Positions 52,438-61,574 of a stretch of DNA of 64,000 nucleotides are shown one piece after another. Source of the stretch: Eubacteriales bacterium (lineage in GTDB: Bacteria; Bacillota; Clostridia; Oscillospirales; CAG-272); assembly GCA_045603085.1 (NCBI GenBank), contig JAZULL010000132.1:10575-74574 (forward strand), read 5' to 3'. A program made the position numbers and the translations under genes. Under the pieces are notes generated by a model. The model searched no databases. It worked only from the letters and a program-made list of their open reading frames with translations, and was not told the DNA's origin. How positions within the stretch are numbered: the stretch's first letter is position 1; the number at the start of each line of letters is the position of its first letter.

Positions 52438-54002
52438 GCCGCGACACCTACGCTTTCTTTCAAATTCAGACCACCTTTAAGTACAAAGGTGATGGTTCCG
52501 TTATCGTCCGCCTTAATTCTTTCAACGATTGATGTAAAGAGGTTTTCATCAAAGGAAAGAATGGCGGGAGGATAACTCTGCAACAGTTCTTTGAGGAATC
52601 GGAGATCTTCAATGTAGTGAGTATCCTCATCTTCACTAATCAGCTTCAAACGGCGGTTGCGGAGTGTTGTGATTCTGTTTTGCAGTTCCGCCGTTTGCTC
52701 TGCGTATGAGACCTCATCCATAATGTTCTTCGCACGAAATTTAGAGTACATATCGTTCTGTGACCAGAGCTTTGCGATCTCCGCATCTATCTGTGCAATC
52801 TCTTGGCTACCCGAGACAAGCCTTGTGCGAATGTCGATGAGCTGTGTCAGCGTGTTATCGACAAGCAAGGTCTCATATTGGCGTAAGCGATTATACATTA
52901 TAATAAAGGAAGAAAAGATCTCGCTTTCAAGGAGGTTCTTCCCTCCGCACTCATGCCCGGAATTACCTTTTCGGGAGCAGACCCAATAGGTAATACCGTT
53001 CTGCACTCTACGCTTATACGCCCATCCGCACTCATCGCAATAAATCATTCGGGTAAGCAAATACTGTTGCTTGGGGTTCTTTGGCGCATACTGTTCTCTC
53101 TCCTTGAGTCTCTGCTGCGCTACTTCAAAGACTTCTCTGCTGATAATGGCAGGGTGAGAGTTGGTAACATAGAACTTGTCCTTTTCTCCGTTGTTCTTGC
53201 GGTTACGCAAGGGTAAGATCTCGGGAGTAAAGGTCTTTTGGAGAAGTGCGTCACCGATATATTTTTCATTGGAGAGGATATATCGGATGTGCGCCTTGTT
53301 CCATTTACCTTCGCGCGAGGGTACGCCTTCACGGTTCAAGATTGCCGAGATCTGCCCCATTCCTTTCCCTGCGAGGTACATATCGAAGATACGGACAACG
53401 ATTACCGCTTCTTCCTCAACAATGACAAGAGAACCGTTTTCAAGTCGATAACCGTATGGAGCGCAGTAGGTAATGAAGTTACCCTCCTCCATCTTCATTC
53501 GGTACGACATTGCCATTCTCTTGGAGAAGTTCAAGGAATCGTTTTGAGCAAAGGCGCTCTTGATATATAGGATCATTTCAGAACTCATCGACCTTGTGTC
53601 GATCCTATCACTCTCAAAGTAAACGCTTGCTCCGTAGTCTGCGAGTTTTCGCACCGACTCCAAACATTCAAGAGAGTTTCTTGCGAAACGCTGAACGCTC
53701 TTAACATAGATACGGTCGATCTTGCCGAGCCTTGCATCGTTCAACATTCGCTTAAAATCGTCTCTTTTATCCAAGCTCGTTCCCGTTATGCCCTCATCGG
53801 CGTAAATATCGACAAGCTCCATCTTGTCTGATGTGCGGATGAAATCGGTGTAGTACCTCACTTGGTTCAGAAAGGAATTAACTTGGTCGTCGGAATCGGT
53901 ACTTACACGACAGTATGCCGCAACTCTTTGGACTCTCGCATTTGCGGAGTATTCCGCAAGCGGACGTATGATTTGTACTTGTTTTTCTGTGGCTACATTC
54001 AT
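52434..54002 (-). CDS. large serine recombinase
   Basis: Catalytic motif VAAYCRVSTDSDDQVNSFLNQ, a recombinase domain, CDECGWAYKRR...YWVC, and a coiled-coil tail. Confidence 0.9.
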   Translation of the reverse strand: MNVATEKQVQIIRPLAEYSANARVQRVAAYCRVSTDSDDQVNSFLNQVRYYTDFIRTSDKMELVDIYADEGITGTSLDKRDDFKRMLNDARLGKIDRIYVKSVQRFARNSLECLESVRKLADYGASVYFESDRIDTRSMSSEMILYIKSAFAQNDSLNFSKRMAMSYRMKMEEGNFITYCAPYGYRLENGSLVIVEEEAVIVVRIFDMYLAGKGMGQISAILNREGVPSREGKWNKAHIRYILSNEKYIGDALLQKTFTPEILPLRNRKNNGEKDKFYVTNSHPAIISREVFEVAQQRLKEREQYAPKNPKQQYLLTRMIYCDECGWAYKRRVQNGITYWVCSRKGNSGHECGGKNLLESEIFSSFIIMYNRLRQYETLLVDNTLTQLIDIRTRLVSGSQEIAQIDAEIAKLWSQNDMYSKFRAKNIMDEVSYAEQTAELQNRITTLRNRRLKLISEDEDTHYIEDLRFLKELLQSYPPAILSFDENLFTSIVERIKADDNGTITFVLKGGLNLKESVGVAA

Positions 54003-54068
54003 ATTCGTGTCGCCCTCCTTTCGACCATGATTATACTGATTTTTGAGAATCCCGCAAGGATGCGATTA

Positions 54069-54224
54069 TTATGCGATTTCTACCGCTGTGCATCCCATTG
54101 TTTCTGCGTTTTTCTTGTTAAGTCTATCAATGACTTTTCGTTCTACCTTTCCCGATCTGAGCAATCTGCGAAGCACATCGACAGATGCGAGGTAGATCAT
54201 TTGTTTTCTTACTGCTTCACTCAT
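54069..54224 (-). CDS. small hypothetical protein (51 aa) abutting the MazF stop
   Basis: My hand translation gives MSEAVRKQMIYLASVDVLRRLLRSGKVERKVIDRLNKKNAETMGCTAVEIA*. The ATG directly follows the mazF-like TAA (TAAATG). It is below the ORF-track length cutoff. Confidence 0.45.
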   Translation of the reverse strand: MSEAVRKQMIYLASVDVLRRLLRSGKVERKVIDRLNKKNAETMGCTAVEIA

Positions 54225-54572
54225 TTACTCTACCCCCATACTGGTTTTCAGTGCTTGATCGACAGCCGCCATCGACTCTTTACTCGCCCGTCCAACGTAG
54301 TGGATGAGCCTTGACTTATCTACGGTTCGCACCTGCTCGGCAAGTACAATCGACCTCATAGGAAGATCACTACTCTCAATAGGAATATGCGTAGGCATAA
54401 ACTTTTTCTTTTGACAGCGACTTGTAATGGCAAGCACTATAACCGTTGGGCTATGCGTGTTTCCTGCGTTATTTTGAATGACCAACACGGGGCGCTCTCC
54501 GCCCTGCTCTGACCCTACCACGGGATCGAGGTTAGCGATGTAAATCTCACCGCGTCTGATTTTTCTTTCCAT
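54225..54572 (-). CDS. MazF/PemK-family endoribonuclease toxin
   Basis: RGEIYIANLDPVVGSEQGGERPVLVIQNN...VIVLAITS...IVLAEQVRTVDKSRL is the canonical PemK/MazF pattern. I trimmed the start to the ATG at 54572, which has a GGAGG RBS. Confidence 0.85.
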   Translation of the reverse strand: MERKIRRGEIYIANLDPVVGSEQGGERPVLVIQNNAGNTHSPTVIVLAITSRCQKKKFMPTHIPIESSDLPMRSIVLAEQVRTVDKSRLIHYVGRASKESMAAVDQALKTSMGVE

Positions 54573-54885
54573 AAATATGAACCTCCTTTGAATTGCCACA
54601 ATCGGCTATGTATGAGGAGAACCGCCTCAATAATCGGGCGGTTCTCTTGTCATGAAATGAAAGGAATATACTGCTTCAGTTTCACATTCGAAGAGCAATT
54701 CAAGAGTGCTGTATTTGCTCCGAGGATGCTTTTGCGATACTAACTAGTACCTATGGTGCCCGTGCATGATTACACCGCAACACGCCCTAATCGAATCTGT
54801 AATTCTCTAATCCTCAAGATTCTTTTTTCAAACTATGCAAACGCGTCTTCGGTCAGCAGCGGGATAATTTATCCAAACTTGAAAG

Positions 54886-55269
54886 TTACTTCACATTAGA
54901 CTCCGCCCAGCAAGTAGCTTTGCTTCTCAAAACAAGATACAGAAGATAATCTCTAAATTCCTCGCAAATCTGCTGATTGGTATTGATTCTGTAGCAAAAC
55001 ACAAGGAAGTAAAAGATCGCTTCTCTGTCATCACCGATACAAACCTCAATCTTGTTGCCTGCCTTTTCGCTTGTGTAAACGCAAGGCTTTCCGTTCAACC
55101 AACGGCGAATGTTCCGATCCTGATCCTTGAATATCTTTTCAAGTTTGCGCAGCGCCCACTTGCCGTTGTTGGTGAATGTGATCTCTGCCTGCTCGTCAAG
55201 GTGGTTATGTTGCGCGTCGATTGCGTTCATTACCGCGTTCATGTAGTTGTTAAATGCTCTGAAGTTCAT
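54886..55269 (-). CDS. hypothetical protein (127 aa), small mobile-element-associated protein
   Basis: GGAGG RBS and start MNFRAFNNYMNAV. I cannot assign a family with confidence; it may be TnpV-like. Confidence 0.55.
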   Translation of the reverse strand: MNFRAFNNYMNAVMNAIDAQHNHLDEQAEITFTNNGKWALRKLEKIFKDQDRNIRRWLNGKPCVYTSEKAGNKIEVCIGDDREAIFYFLVFCYRINTNQQICEEFRDYLLYLVLRSKATCWAESNVK

Positions 55270-55299
55270 TTTTCTTTCCTCCGTTTTTCTTTTGATAGC

Positions 55300-55660
55300 A
55301 TAATTAAATACCCACAACCATATGGTTCTTCCCATCAAAGGTACGGGTATGTATCCGAGCCGCCGCAGGCAGACCTATGTGGAAATTGTTCTGCCGTTTT
55401 ACCTTTGGCTCTTAACACACCTATTTGTCCTCGACACCCCAGTGTGACCGAACTATGTTCAGCGTAGGAAGTCATCAAGCGTCCGATTACGAGTCGGCTA
55501 CATAGGAATCTCACCTCCCCCGGGTACTCCGCGGGCAGCGCCTTTCGGCTACTGAAGTATCATTATCCCTCACGTTTGTCATCGCCCTCTGTCGGTGGTA
55601 ATCCGACTTCACTCAAAGTATCGTTTGATCGCTCCCTCCTTGAAGGGAGATCTTGGCGCA
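55300..55660 (-). ncRNA. candidate structured RNA / long structured leader (unclassified)
   Basis: About 360 nt with no credible ORF on the gene strand, and visibly more GC-rich than its flanks. The region is dense in helices: CUCCCU/AGGGAG, UGAAGU/ACUUCA, CGG/CCG, GCC-GAAA-GGC, CUAUGU/ACAUAG, CCGA/UCGG, CACAC/GUGUG, GGCAGA/UCUGCC and AUACCC/GGGUAU. It begins GUGCGCC. Confidence 0.4.
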
Positions 55661-55753
55661 CCTTTTGAGCTTGGCTTGTTTACTCATCGCAAAACTAACG
55701 TGGGTAAAGTGCTTAATGAATGGTATTCAATTGTCGTTTTTTCTGCTTCTCCT

Positions 55754-56086
55754 TTACTTACTGGCAATCGGATTGGAATACTTTTTGATGATGCCTTGTA
55801 AAATAGCAAGTTCCTCTCCTGCTACCGTTTCGGATAACCGCTTCAGCAAGTCGATCTGCACAGGACTCATGTATTTGAGACCGAGAGAATACCCCTCTGC
55901 AATCCGTACACCGCCGCCTGTGCCTCTCGACGTTTCAATGGGGTATGAACACATGAGGATCTGCAAATCGCGATCCACGGTATTTTTTGACACTTTGAAC
56001 TCCTGCATCAGTTTCGATCTCGTAGTTGATCTGACTTCACACAGATATTCAAGCATCAGCTGACGTCTTTCGGTCGCAGCCTGCAT
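55754..56086 (-). CDS. HTH (DeoR/HTH_11-like) DNA-binding protein (110 aa)
   Basis: GGAGG RBS. MQAATERRQLMLEYLCEVRSTTRSKLMQEFKVSKNTVDRDLQIL is a winged-helix DeoR-type N-terminus. Confidence 0.65.
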   Translation of the reverse strand: MQAATERRQLMLEYLCEVRSTTRSKLMQEFKVSKNTVDRDLQILMCSYPIETSRGTGGGVRIAEGYSLGLKYMSPVQIDLLKRLSETVAGEELAILQGIIKKYSNPIASK

Positions 56087-56280
56087 GTATTCACACCTCC
56101 TTTCTTTGCTTTGTGGCAATATTTTACAAGGACAACTCCCCACCTAATGGGGAGTTAGAAAAAACATTTTCGTTTTTTAGAGCTTTTTTGCGGTTATTGG
56201 CATTTTATCAGCTAAGCCAACTGAAATTCAATGAAATTTACTGAATTATACTGAAAATAACTGTTGATTGCGAACCAACG

Positions 56281-56357
56281 AAAACGAAAAGAAGCCGCCG
56301 ACGCGACAGATCATCCTATGGATATTCCATAAGACTTTCTATCGTATCGGCGGCTTC
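56281..56357 (-). terminator. terminator-like long hairpin with nested palindrome
   Basis: An 11-bp stem GAAGCCGCCGA/TCGGCGGCTTC encloses a 45-nt loop that contains TATGGA-TAT-TCCATA. It is followed by TTTTCGTTTT on the minus strand. Confidence 0.5.
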
Positions 56358-56519
56358 ACATCATTGTTTTCGCAGTCCTGGCATTGCCAACCAATTGTAA
56401 AGTGAGATCCATCAGACGGCTTATGTAAGCTCTGTTTCGGCTCGGCGTCTTGAACTATTCACCTTTTCATATTCAATTCAATAGATGTAACCGTTTGGCG
56501 TAAATTAAGACAGTATGTA

Positions 56520-56720
56520 TCATTCTTTCTCTTGCTTCTTTCCTTTCGGCACGATCAACTCTATCGTATTATGCCGACGGCTATGGTGTGACCGTACCAT
56601 CATGACTCGGCAATTATCACACCGAAAATGGTGTTCGCCATTCTCAAGCGTTTGCCCAATGTTTAAAGTTCCACAGTTCGGGCAATAGATCTGAATAATC
56701 GATAAATCTGTTTTTGACAT
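56520..56720 (-). CDS. small zinc-ribbon protein (66 aa)
   Basis: CPNCGTLN...FRCDNCRV gives two CxxC pairs. This is a common small ORF type in Firmicutes mobile elements. Confidence 0.6.
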   Translation of the reverse strand: MSKTDLSIIQIYCPNCGTLNIGQTLENGEHHFRCDNCRVMMVRSHHSRRHNTIELIVPKGKKQEKE

Positions 56721-57044
56721 CTTTTTTCCTCCTGTAATTTCTAAAGCAAAAAAACAAGCCTAAAACACCTATTCGAACAAATAAGTGTTTTAGGCTGTAT
56801 TTATGTATGTGTCACGAAGCGTGAGTTCACTCTCGAAAGTATAGATTACCTCATACAGAGCAAGACTTTTTTTAACCGCAGTTTGATTTTATTCATACTA
56901 TAATCCTCCGTGCATAATGATAATGTGAACTATTTGTGTAAGTCAGTTGATGTGTCGTCTCCTTTAACTATTTCAAAGTGAACTGTATAATGTTGGCAAG
57001 TGAAATATTACTTCACTTTCAATATTAGAAAGGATAGCACCCAG

Positions 57045-57377
57045 ATGGAAAACAATTGCTTTAAGGAAATTGGTCTGGCTATTAAAGCCGAGAGAAAAAA
57101 GGCGGGGTTAACACGTGAACAGTTGGCTGAAACAATCCACGTATCCACAAGGTATTTGATTGCCATTGAAAATGATGGGCAGGCTCCAAGTTTTCAAGTA
57201 CTGTATATGCTTGTACGAACACTTAACATATCTATTGACCAGTATATACACGAGGATTCTTTACCTACTCAGAGCACATTAAGACGAAATGTACTCGCTT
57301 TACTCGAGAAAATTGATGAAAATGATTTGGTTATTATAGAAAGCACAATATATGGTATAATGAGCAGGAGTAAATAA
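57045..57377 (+). CDS. XRE-family HTH transcriptional regulator
   Basis: AGLTREQLAETIHVSTRYLIAIENDGQAPSFQVLYMLVRTL. I trimmed the start to the ATG at 57045. Confidence 0.8.
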   Translation: MENNCFKEIGLAIKAERKKAGLTREQLAETIHVSTRYLIAIENDGQAPSFQVLYMLVRTLNISIDQYIHEDSLPTQSTLRRNVLALLEKIDENDLVIIESTIYGIMSRSK

Positions 57378-57647
57378 TTATTGATTCAACCAACCATTTA
57401 TCAACGAAGTATCTCTCAGTAGCATGCAGGGGCTATACACCTCCATTTCAGCAGATTAACGAATCAAAAACGTCCCACTGGCCAGGGGATAAAAAAGATC
57501 TTAGGTTTGAGACATTTTTACATTACACACCACATGAATGTACGCCGCATTATTTTATTGGGCAAATTCATTTCGCGCCCTATCACCTTAAGCCCCTTTT
57601 CACAATAAAACGTCTGCTGCACTTAATATTATTTATAGAACTTACCA

Positions 57648-59402
57648 TCAAGAGGCATTATCCTTAAACACTCTCATATACAATATATTGGGAATGTCAA
57701 ATCCATTTTCGCTTCTAATCCTCTTAGTGAATTTCACCTTGAACTTTTCGCTTGTAATTGTGTCAAATTTCACTGTAATAATCTGCCGGCCATCTAATTG
57801 CTTTAGAGTAGAAATGACCTTCCATCCTTCATCTACCCATGCTTCAATCTGAATCTCCGCCACTCTTCTCTCAACATAGTGTTGAATAACAACTAAGGTG
57901 TCCACAATAGTGGGAATTTCAAAGTGAAGCTCCACAAATGGTTCCGGATCATTCACATCCGGACACCAAAAATTATCCGCATGTTCTCCGAGGTTATCCG
58001 CCTTAATAAATGGAGGGGCAGTTGGATATGTTGTTGATGGTATATACTTAATGGTGCTCGACCAGCTTTTAACGACATACATCATGGCGTCTCCATCATC
58101 TTGCATTGGCAAAGACGGGTGCCAAATGCACTTTGAAACTTTTTGGTATATCGGATAATAGTACACATTCCCTGCGCGTGTATCATCAATCCGGATCGTG
58201 TTTTCATCAATAGTTAGTGTTCCCTTAAATATCCTATCACAAGCATACAATACAATCCCATCAATATAACAGCCATCATTACAAAAAACAAAATCTCCGC
58301 ATTGATCTGGCATCGCCTTTTGAATATTCTTGTGAGCAAAACTTTCACTCATGTGCAGTCCTGCCAACTCTCGCAAAATCTTTTTCAACACGCATCGCTC
58401 TTGCCCTATCAACTCATATAGCATCGATTGTAACTTGCGTGCCGTTTTCTCACTATAATTTATGTCATATAAGTTGTGATTCTCTGAAATTGATTTTTTC
58501 ATGGCTAACAAACGGGCTTTTTCATATTTGTCAACAATTTGCTCATATTCATCTACACATTGACTAAAAACACTAATATTAAAGTACGCGTATCTCGCGG
58601 TAATATATTTTAAGCGTTTAAGTATGTTCTTTTTGTTTTCACATACCATATGTAACACACGATAATCAAAACATCTCAGGTGTCTAGCCACCAATCCATC
58701 CGCAAGCAATTCGGTCACTTTCAATCCATAACAAGATAAATCATAATGATATTTGGAATCGACAATGTGTTCGCCTTTAAAAAAGTAAGCACCTTTATGC
58801 TTTCCTCTTCCTGTAGCATAATCATTTAATTCACTCACAAATGATTCTAACGAAAACTCACATGTTATATCATTGCGAACTTTGAAAATGCAAAATACAT
58901 CGTCGTCATTAATATGCATATCAACTTCTGCAGCTTTTACCAAAGCTTGATGATATTCACTCATCACTACATCAGCACTATATACGCCTCGCTCAATAGA
59001 AAAGCATTTACAATGATATACTGATCTTTTCGAATCACAGCCATAAACCAAAATTGGATGAATATCATGCTTTATTTCATAAAAAGGTGTAGCAGAAATA
59101 TAATACTGATCCACCCAAGCATAGATATATTTATTCGAAGAAATGCATTCCGTGAAAAAATCTATTGTGTTGAAGCACAGAGCTGTCGAATATGTAAACG
59201 TATCTATGTCCATTACCCCTGAATAAAAACATTTATAATCAGTATAATCATAAAACGAGGGATATTCATAGCGATAAAAAATATTTATAAAATTGTTCAT
59301 GTACCACCCCTCTGTTTTCGGGCTAATAAACGGTATTAGCAATGGCAAAGAGTGATGTGTATATAGCGTCATATCGGCTTTATCATTAATTAATAATTTC
59401 AT
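57648..59402 (-). CDS. hypothetical protein (584 aa) with C-terminal discoidin/F5-8-type-C-like domain (tentative)
   Basis: GGGGG RBS and start MKLLINDKADM. The C-terminal 130 aa (FWCPDVNDPEPFVELHF...IQIEAWVDEGWKVI...) look like a galactose-binding-like jelly roll. The N-terminal part may be BtrH/DUF4872-like, but I cannot verify that. Confidence 0.5.
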   Translation of the reverse strand: MKLLINDKADMTLYTHHSLPLLIPFISPKTEGWYMNNFINIFYRYEYPSFYDYTDYKCFYSGVMDIDTFTYSTALCFNTIDFFTECISSNKYIYAWVDQYYISATPFYEIKHDIHPILVYGCDSKRSVYHCKCFSIERGVYSADVVMSEYHQALVKAAEVDMHINDDDVFCIFKVRNDITCEFSLESFVSELNDYATGRGKHKGAYFFKGEHIVDSKYHYDLSCYGLKVTELLADGLVARHLRCFDYRVLHMVCENKKNILKRLKYITARYAYFNISVFSQCVDEYEQIVDKYEKARLLAMKKSISENHNLYDINYSEKTARKLQSMLYELIGQERCVLKKILRELAGLHMSESFAHKNIQKAMPDQCGDFVFCNDGCYIDGIVLYACDRIFKGTLTIDENTIRIDDTRAGNVYYYPIYQKVSKCIWHPSLPMQDDGDAMMYVVKSWSSTIKYIPSTTYPTAPPFIKADNLGEHADNFWCPDVNDPEPFVELHFEIPTIVDTLVVIQHYVERRVAEIQIEAWVDEGWKVISTLKQLDGRQIITVKFDTITSEKFKVKFTKRIRSENGFDIPNILYMRVFKDNAS

Positions 59403-59826
59403 ATTTTGAATTCCCCCTCTTATACACAATTCAGTTACCTTGATTTAAGGAAATAATGATGCAAACGTAATAGTCTTGTTGTATAAACTTGATTTCATCC
59501 TCTTTAAATTGGTTTTTTATAGATACTACCAAAATCGAGGGCTGTAATTGACAATTGTAGTGACACAGCCCATTAGGATTTTTCCCTTACTATCATCTAA
59601 CCGAATGACATATGCGCAACATTAGGGGTACACAACAAGTAGGATAAGGGGTAATTCCGTGTCAGGTTGATATCGACACACGGCATGATTGGTTCAATAC
59701 TGATCGATGCATTTTTTTGCCTCAACACATTTCAATTCACCACAAATTTGCGCATATACTACATCATCAACTTAGAAAAAACACATAGCCTTGCCTGTCT
59801 ATTCGAAATGACAAATCTATATATAA

Positions 59827-61150
59827 CTATTCACCCAAGCAAAGAGTTCTCTTCTCAAGATCGAAGAAAATCGCCTCAAAGGCAGAGAAGCCTTGCTTGC
59901 ATGCGGTGGATAAATAGGCAAGTATGTCAAAGTACGCGACAGTCACCGGTTTGGTGCAGAAGCCCTTTGAGGCCTTCCATTTCGCCGTGGCAAAACGAAT
60001 GTCCCACTCTGCTTGGTTGTTATCAAAGGGTACGGAAAAATCCTCCGCAAACAGGCAAATATTAGCCTTGAATTTACGAAGACGATTCAAAAACGAACCC
60101 GTTTCGATTGCCCGTTTTTAGTTTGAGGAGGACATTCGAGATGTTCTTGGTATCCCTCATTCAGAATTGAGTCATACTCCAGGGTAGGTCGCAGAATTTC
60201 AGAGTCCATTTATCTCCGTAATTCTCCTCAATTCCGTTCAGTTTCCGCAAGAAATGAACGCCAACAGAGGGCATGACGGGACTGTTCGTACTTGAAAAAT
60301 GAATCCCTCCGTCATGGATCACCATTCCCGTGAAGTACGGCATGCCCTTGCCTATTTGACTCCAGAGCCTCCTCTGAGCTCCTGTTTCGAGAATTAGGTG
60401 ATTTTCCGTCAGATGCGCGATATGGAGCTAGTAAAGAGTCTTATACAGATGGAGGCTGGTCTCGTCGCAGTGACAAACATCCAGATTGTTAACTTTTTCG
60501 TGAATTCGCCCAATATCCTCTTGGATGTTGTCATAGCAGCGACATACGAAATTGGCGATGGTTCCATCACTCATGGGAACCTTCAAAACATTCTTCAAAA
60601 GCTCGTGAGTGCGAGCCATACTCATCATGCCATGCACATAGAGAGTCATCGCCAAGGCGCCCCCCGACTGATGTATTGAATGGTTGATTTAATTATGTAT
60701 CTGCATGGTTCTAGTCATACAATACCCCAGGCGCATTAGGCATTACAATGCTGCGGCGGCATGAGCAATTGCCTTGCGGCTGATCTCTACGTCCACCTCG
60801 TACTTTGTTTGGATCTTTTTCGCATTTGCCAAGCATTTGGCCCGATGAGGGAACCCTGCACACCTGGTATAAAAGCAAAAAAATTTCTTCTGTGATACCT
60901 TCTTTTTTTGATCTGAGCTGTCCTTCCCCTGTGCCCCTTTTGTTCCCGCTGCTTTCTCAGAGGCTCTTAGGTGAGGGCTTCTTATATCCGTCCTCGACGG
61001 GTATTGAGAACGGTTCCCGCTATTACGGTTGATCTGCTCCAGCAATTCTTGGATGAGTCAGCTCTGCTCTTCAATCATCTTTTAAAGCCTTTCATTTTGC
61101 CCCAGCAGATACTTCTTCAACTCTATCGCTTCTCCCCATCGTTTTCTTAT
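59827..61150 (-). mobile_element. IS66-family transposase pseudogene (split into at least 4 fragments by frameshifts and stops)
   Basis: - 60743..61045: Lys-rich N-terminal region plus a Cys region.
- 60428..60655: contains ...CHCDETSLHLY.
- 60161..60343: contains GMVIHDGGIHF.
- 59827..60090: contains VPFDNNQAEWDIRF...KGF, the IS66 C-terminal motif (compare PxDNNxAERxxR). Confidence 0.75.
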
Positions 61151-61287
61151 CTCTAATTTCACCACCTTTCGCTTTAAGCGTCAATATGACATCTTTTTTC
61201 AAACCGGCATCTTGACGGCTGAATAAGCTACATCTACAGTTTCTGTATTATTTATGAGGCATTCAATCGCTATACAACCTCAAACGA

Positions 61288-61548
61288 TTAATTTGCATTA
61301 ATATGGTCAACAAGAGCTATACAAAAGTCATTAAGCGTAAGATCCGTTATTGTTAATAACAGCTCATCTGGTACTTCGATTTGAAATTTTTCTTCAATCA
61401 TAATAACAAATGTCACGTGAGATAGAGAGTCCGATAATAAATCAACCATTGCGAAATTGTCAATCACATCATTTGTTTCTGTACGCTGGATCAATTGGCT
61501 TATTTGTAACAGTTCAAATACAGCTTCTTTGCATGTAACCAACTCCAT
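61288..61548 (-). CDS. acyl/peptidyl carrier protein
   Basis: GGAGGG RBS. The sequence DLLSDSLSHVTFVIMIEEKFQIEVPDE contains the DSL phosphopantetheine-attachment serine. Confidence 0.75.
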   Translation of the reverse strand: MELVTCKEAVFELLQISQLIQRTETNDVIDNFAMVDLLSDSLSHVTFVIMIEEKFQIEVPDELLLTITDLTLNDFCIALVDHINAN

Positions 61549-61574
61549 TTCCCTTTTCCCTCCAAATATTATAC

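Noticed and set aside
54600-54885. Type III (ToxI-like) RNA antitoxin repeats or a MazE gene upstream of MazF
   Set aside because: No tandem repeats and no ORF of plausible antitoxin length are present. Only one inverted repeat was found.
55300-55753. Group II intron (normal or ORF-less class C, or circularly permuted)
   Set aside because: There is a 5' GUGCG and a few domain-I-like strings. However, I could find no domain V hairpin (the AGC/CGC triad with GNRA loop and 2-nt bulge) on either strand or upstream, and the length is too short. I kept it only as an unclassified structured region.
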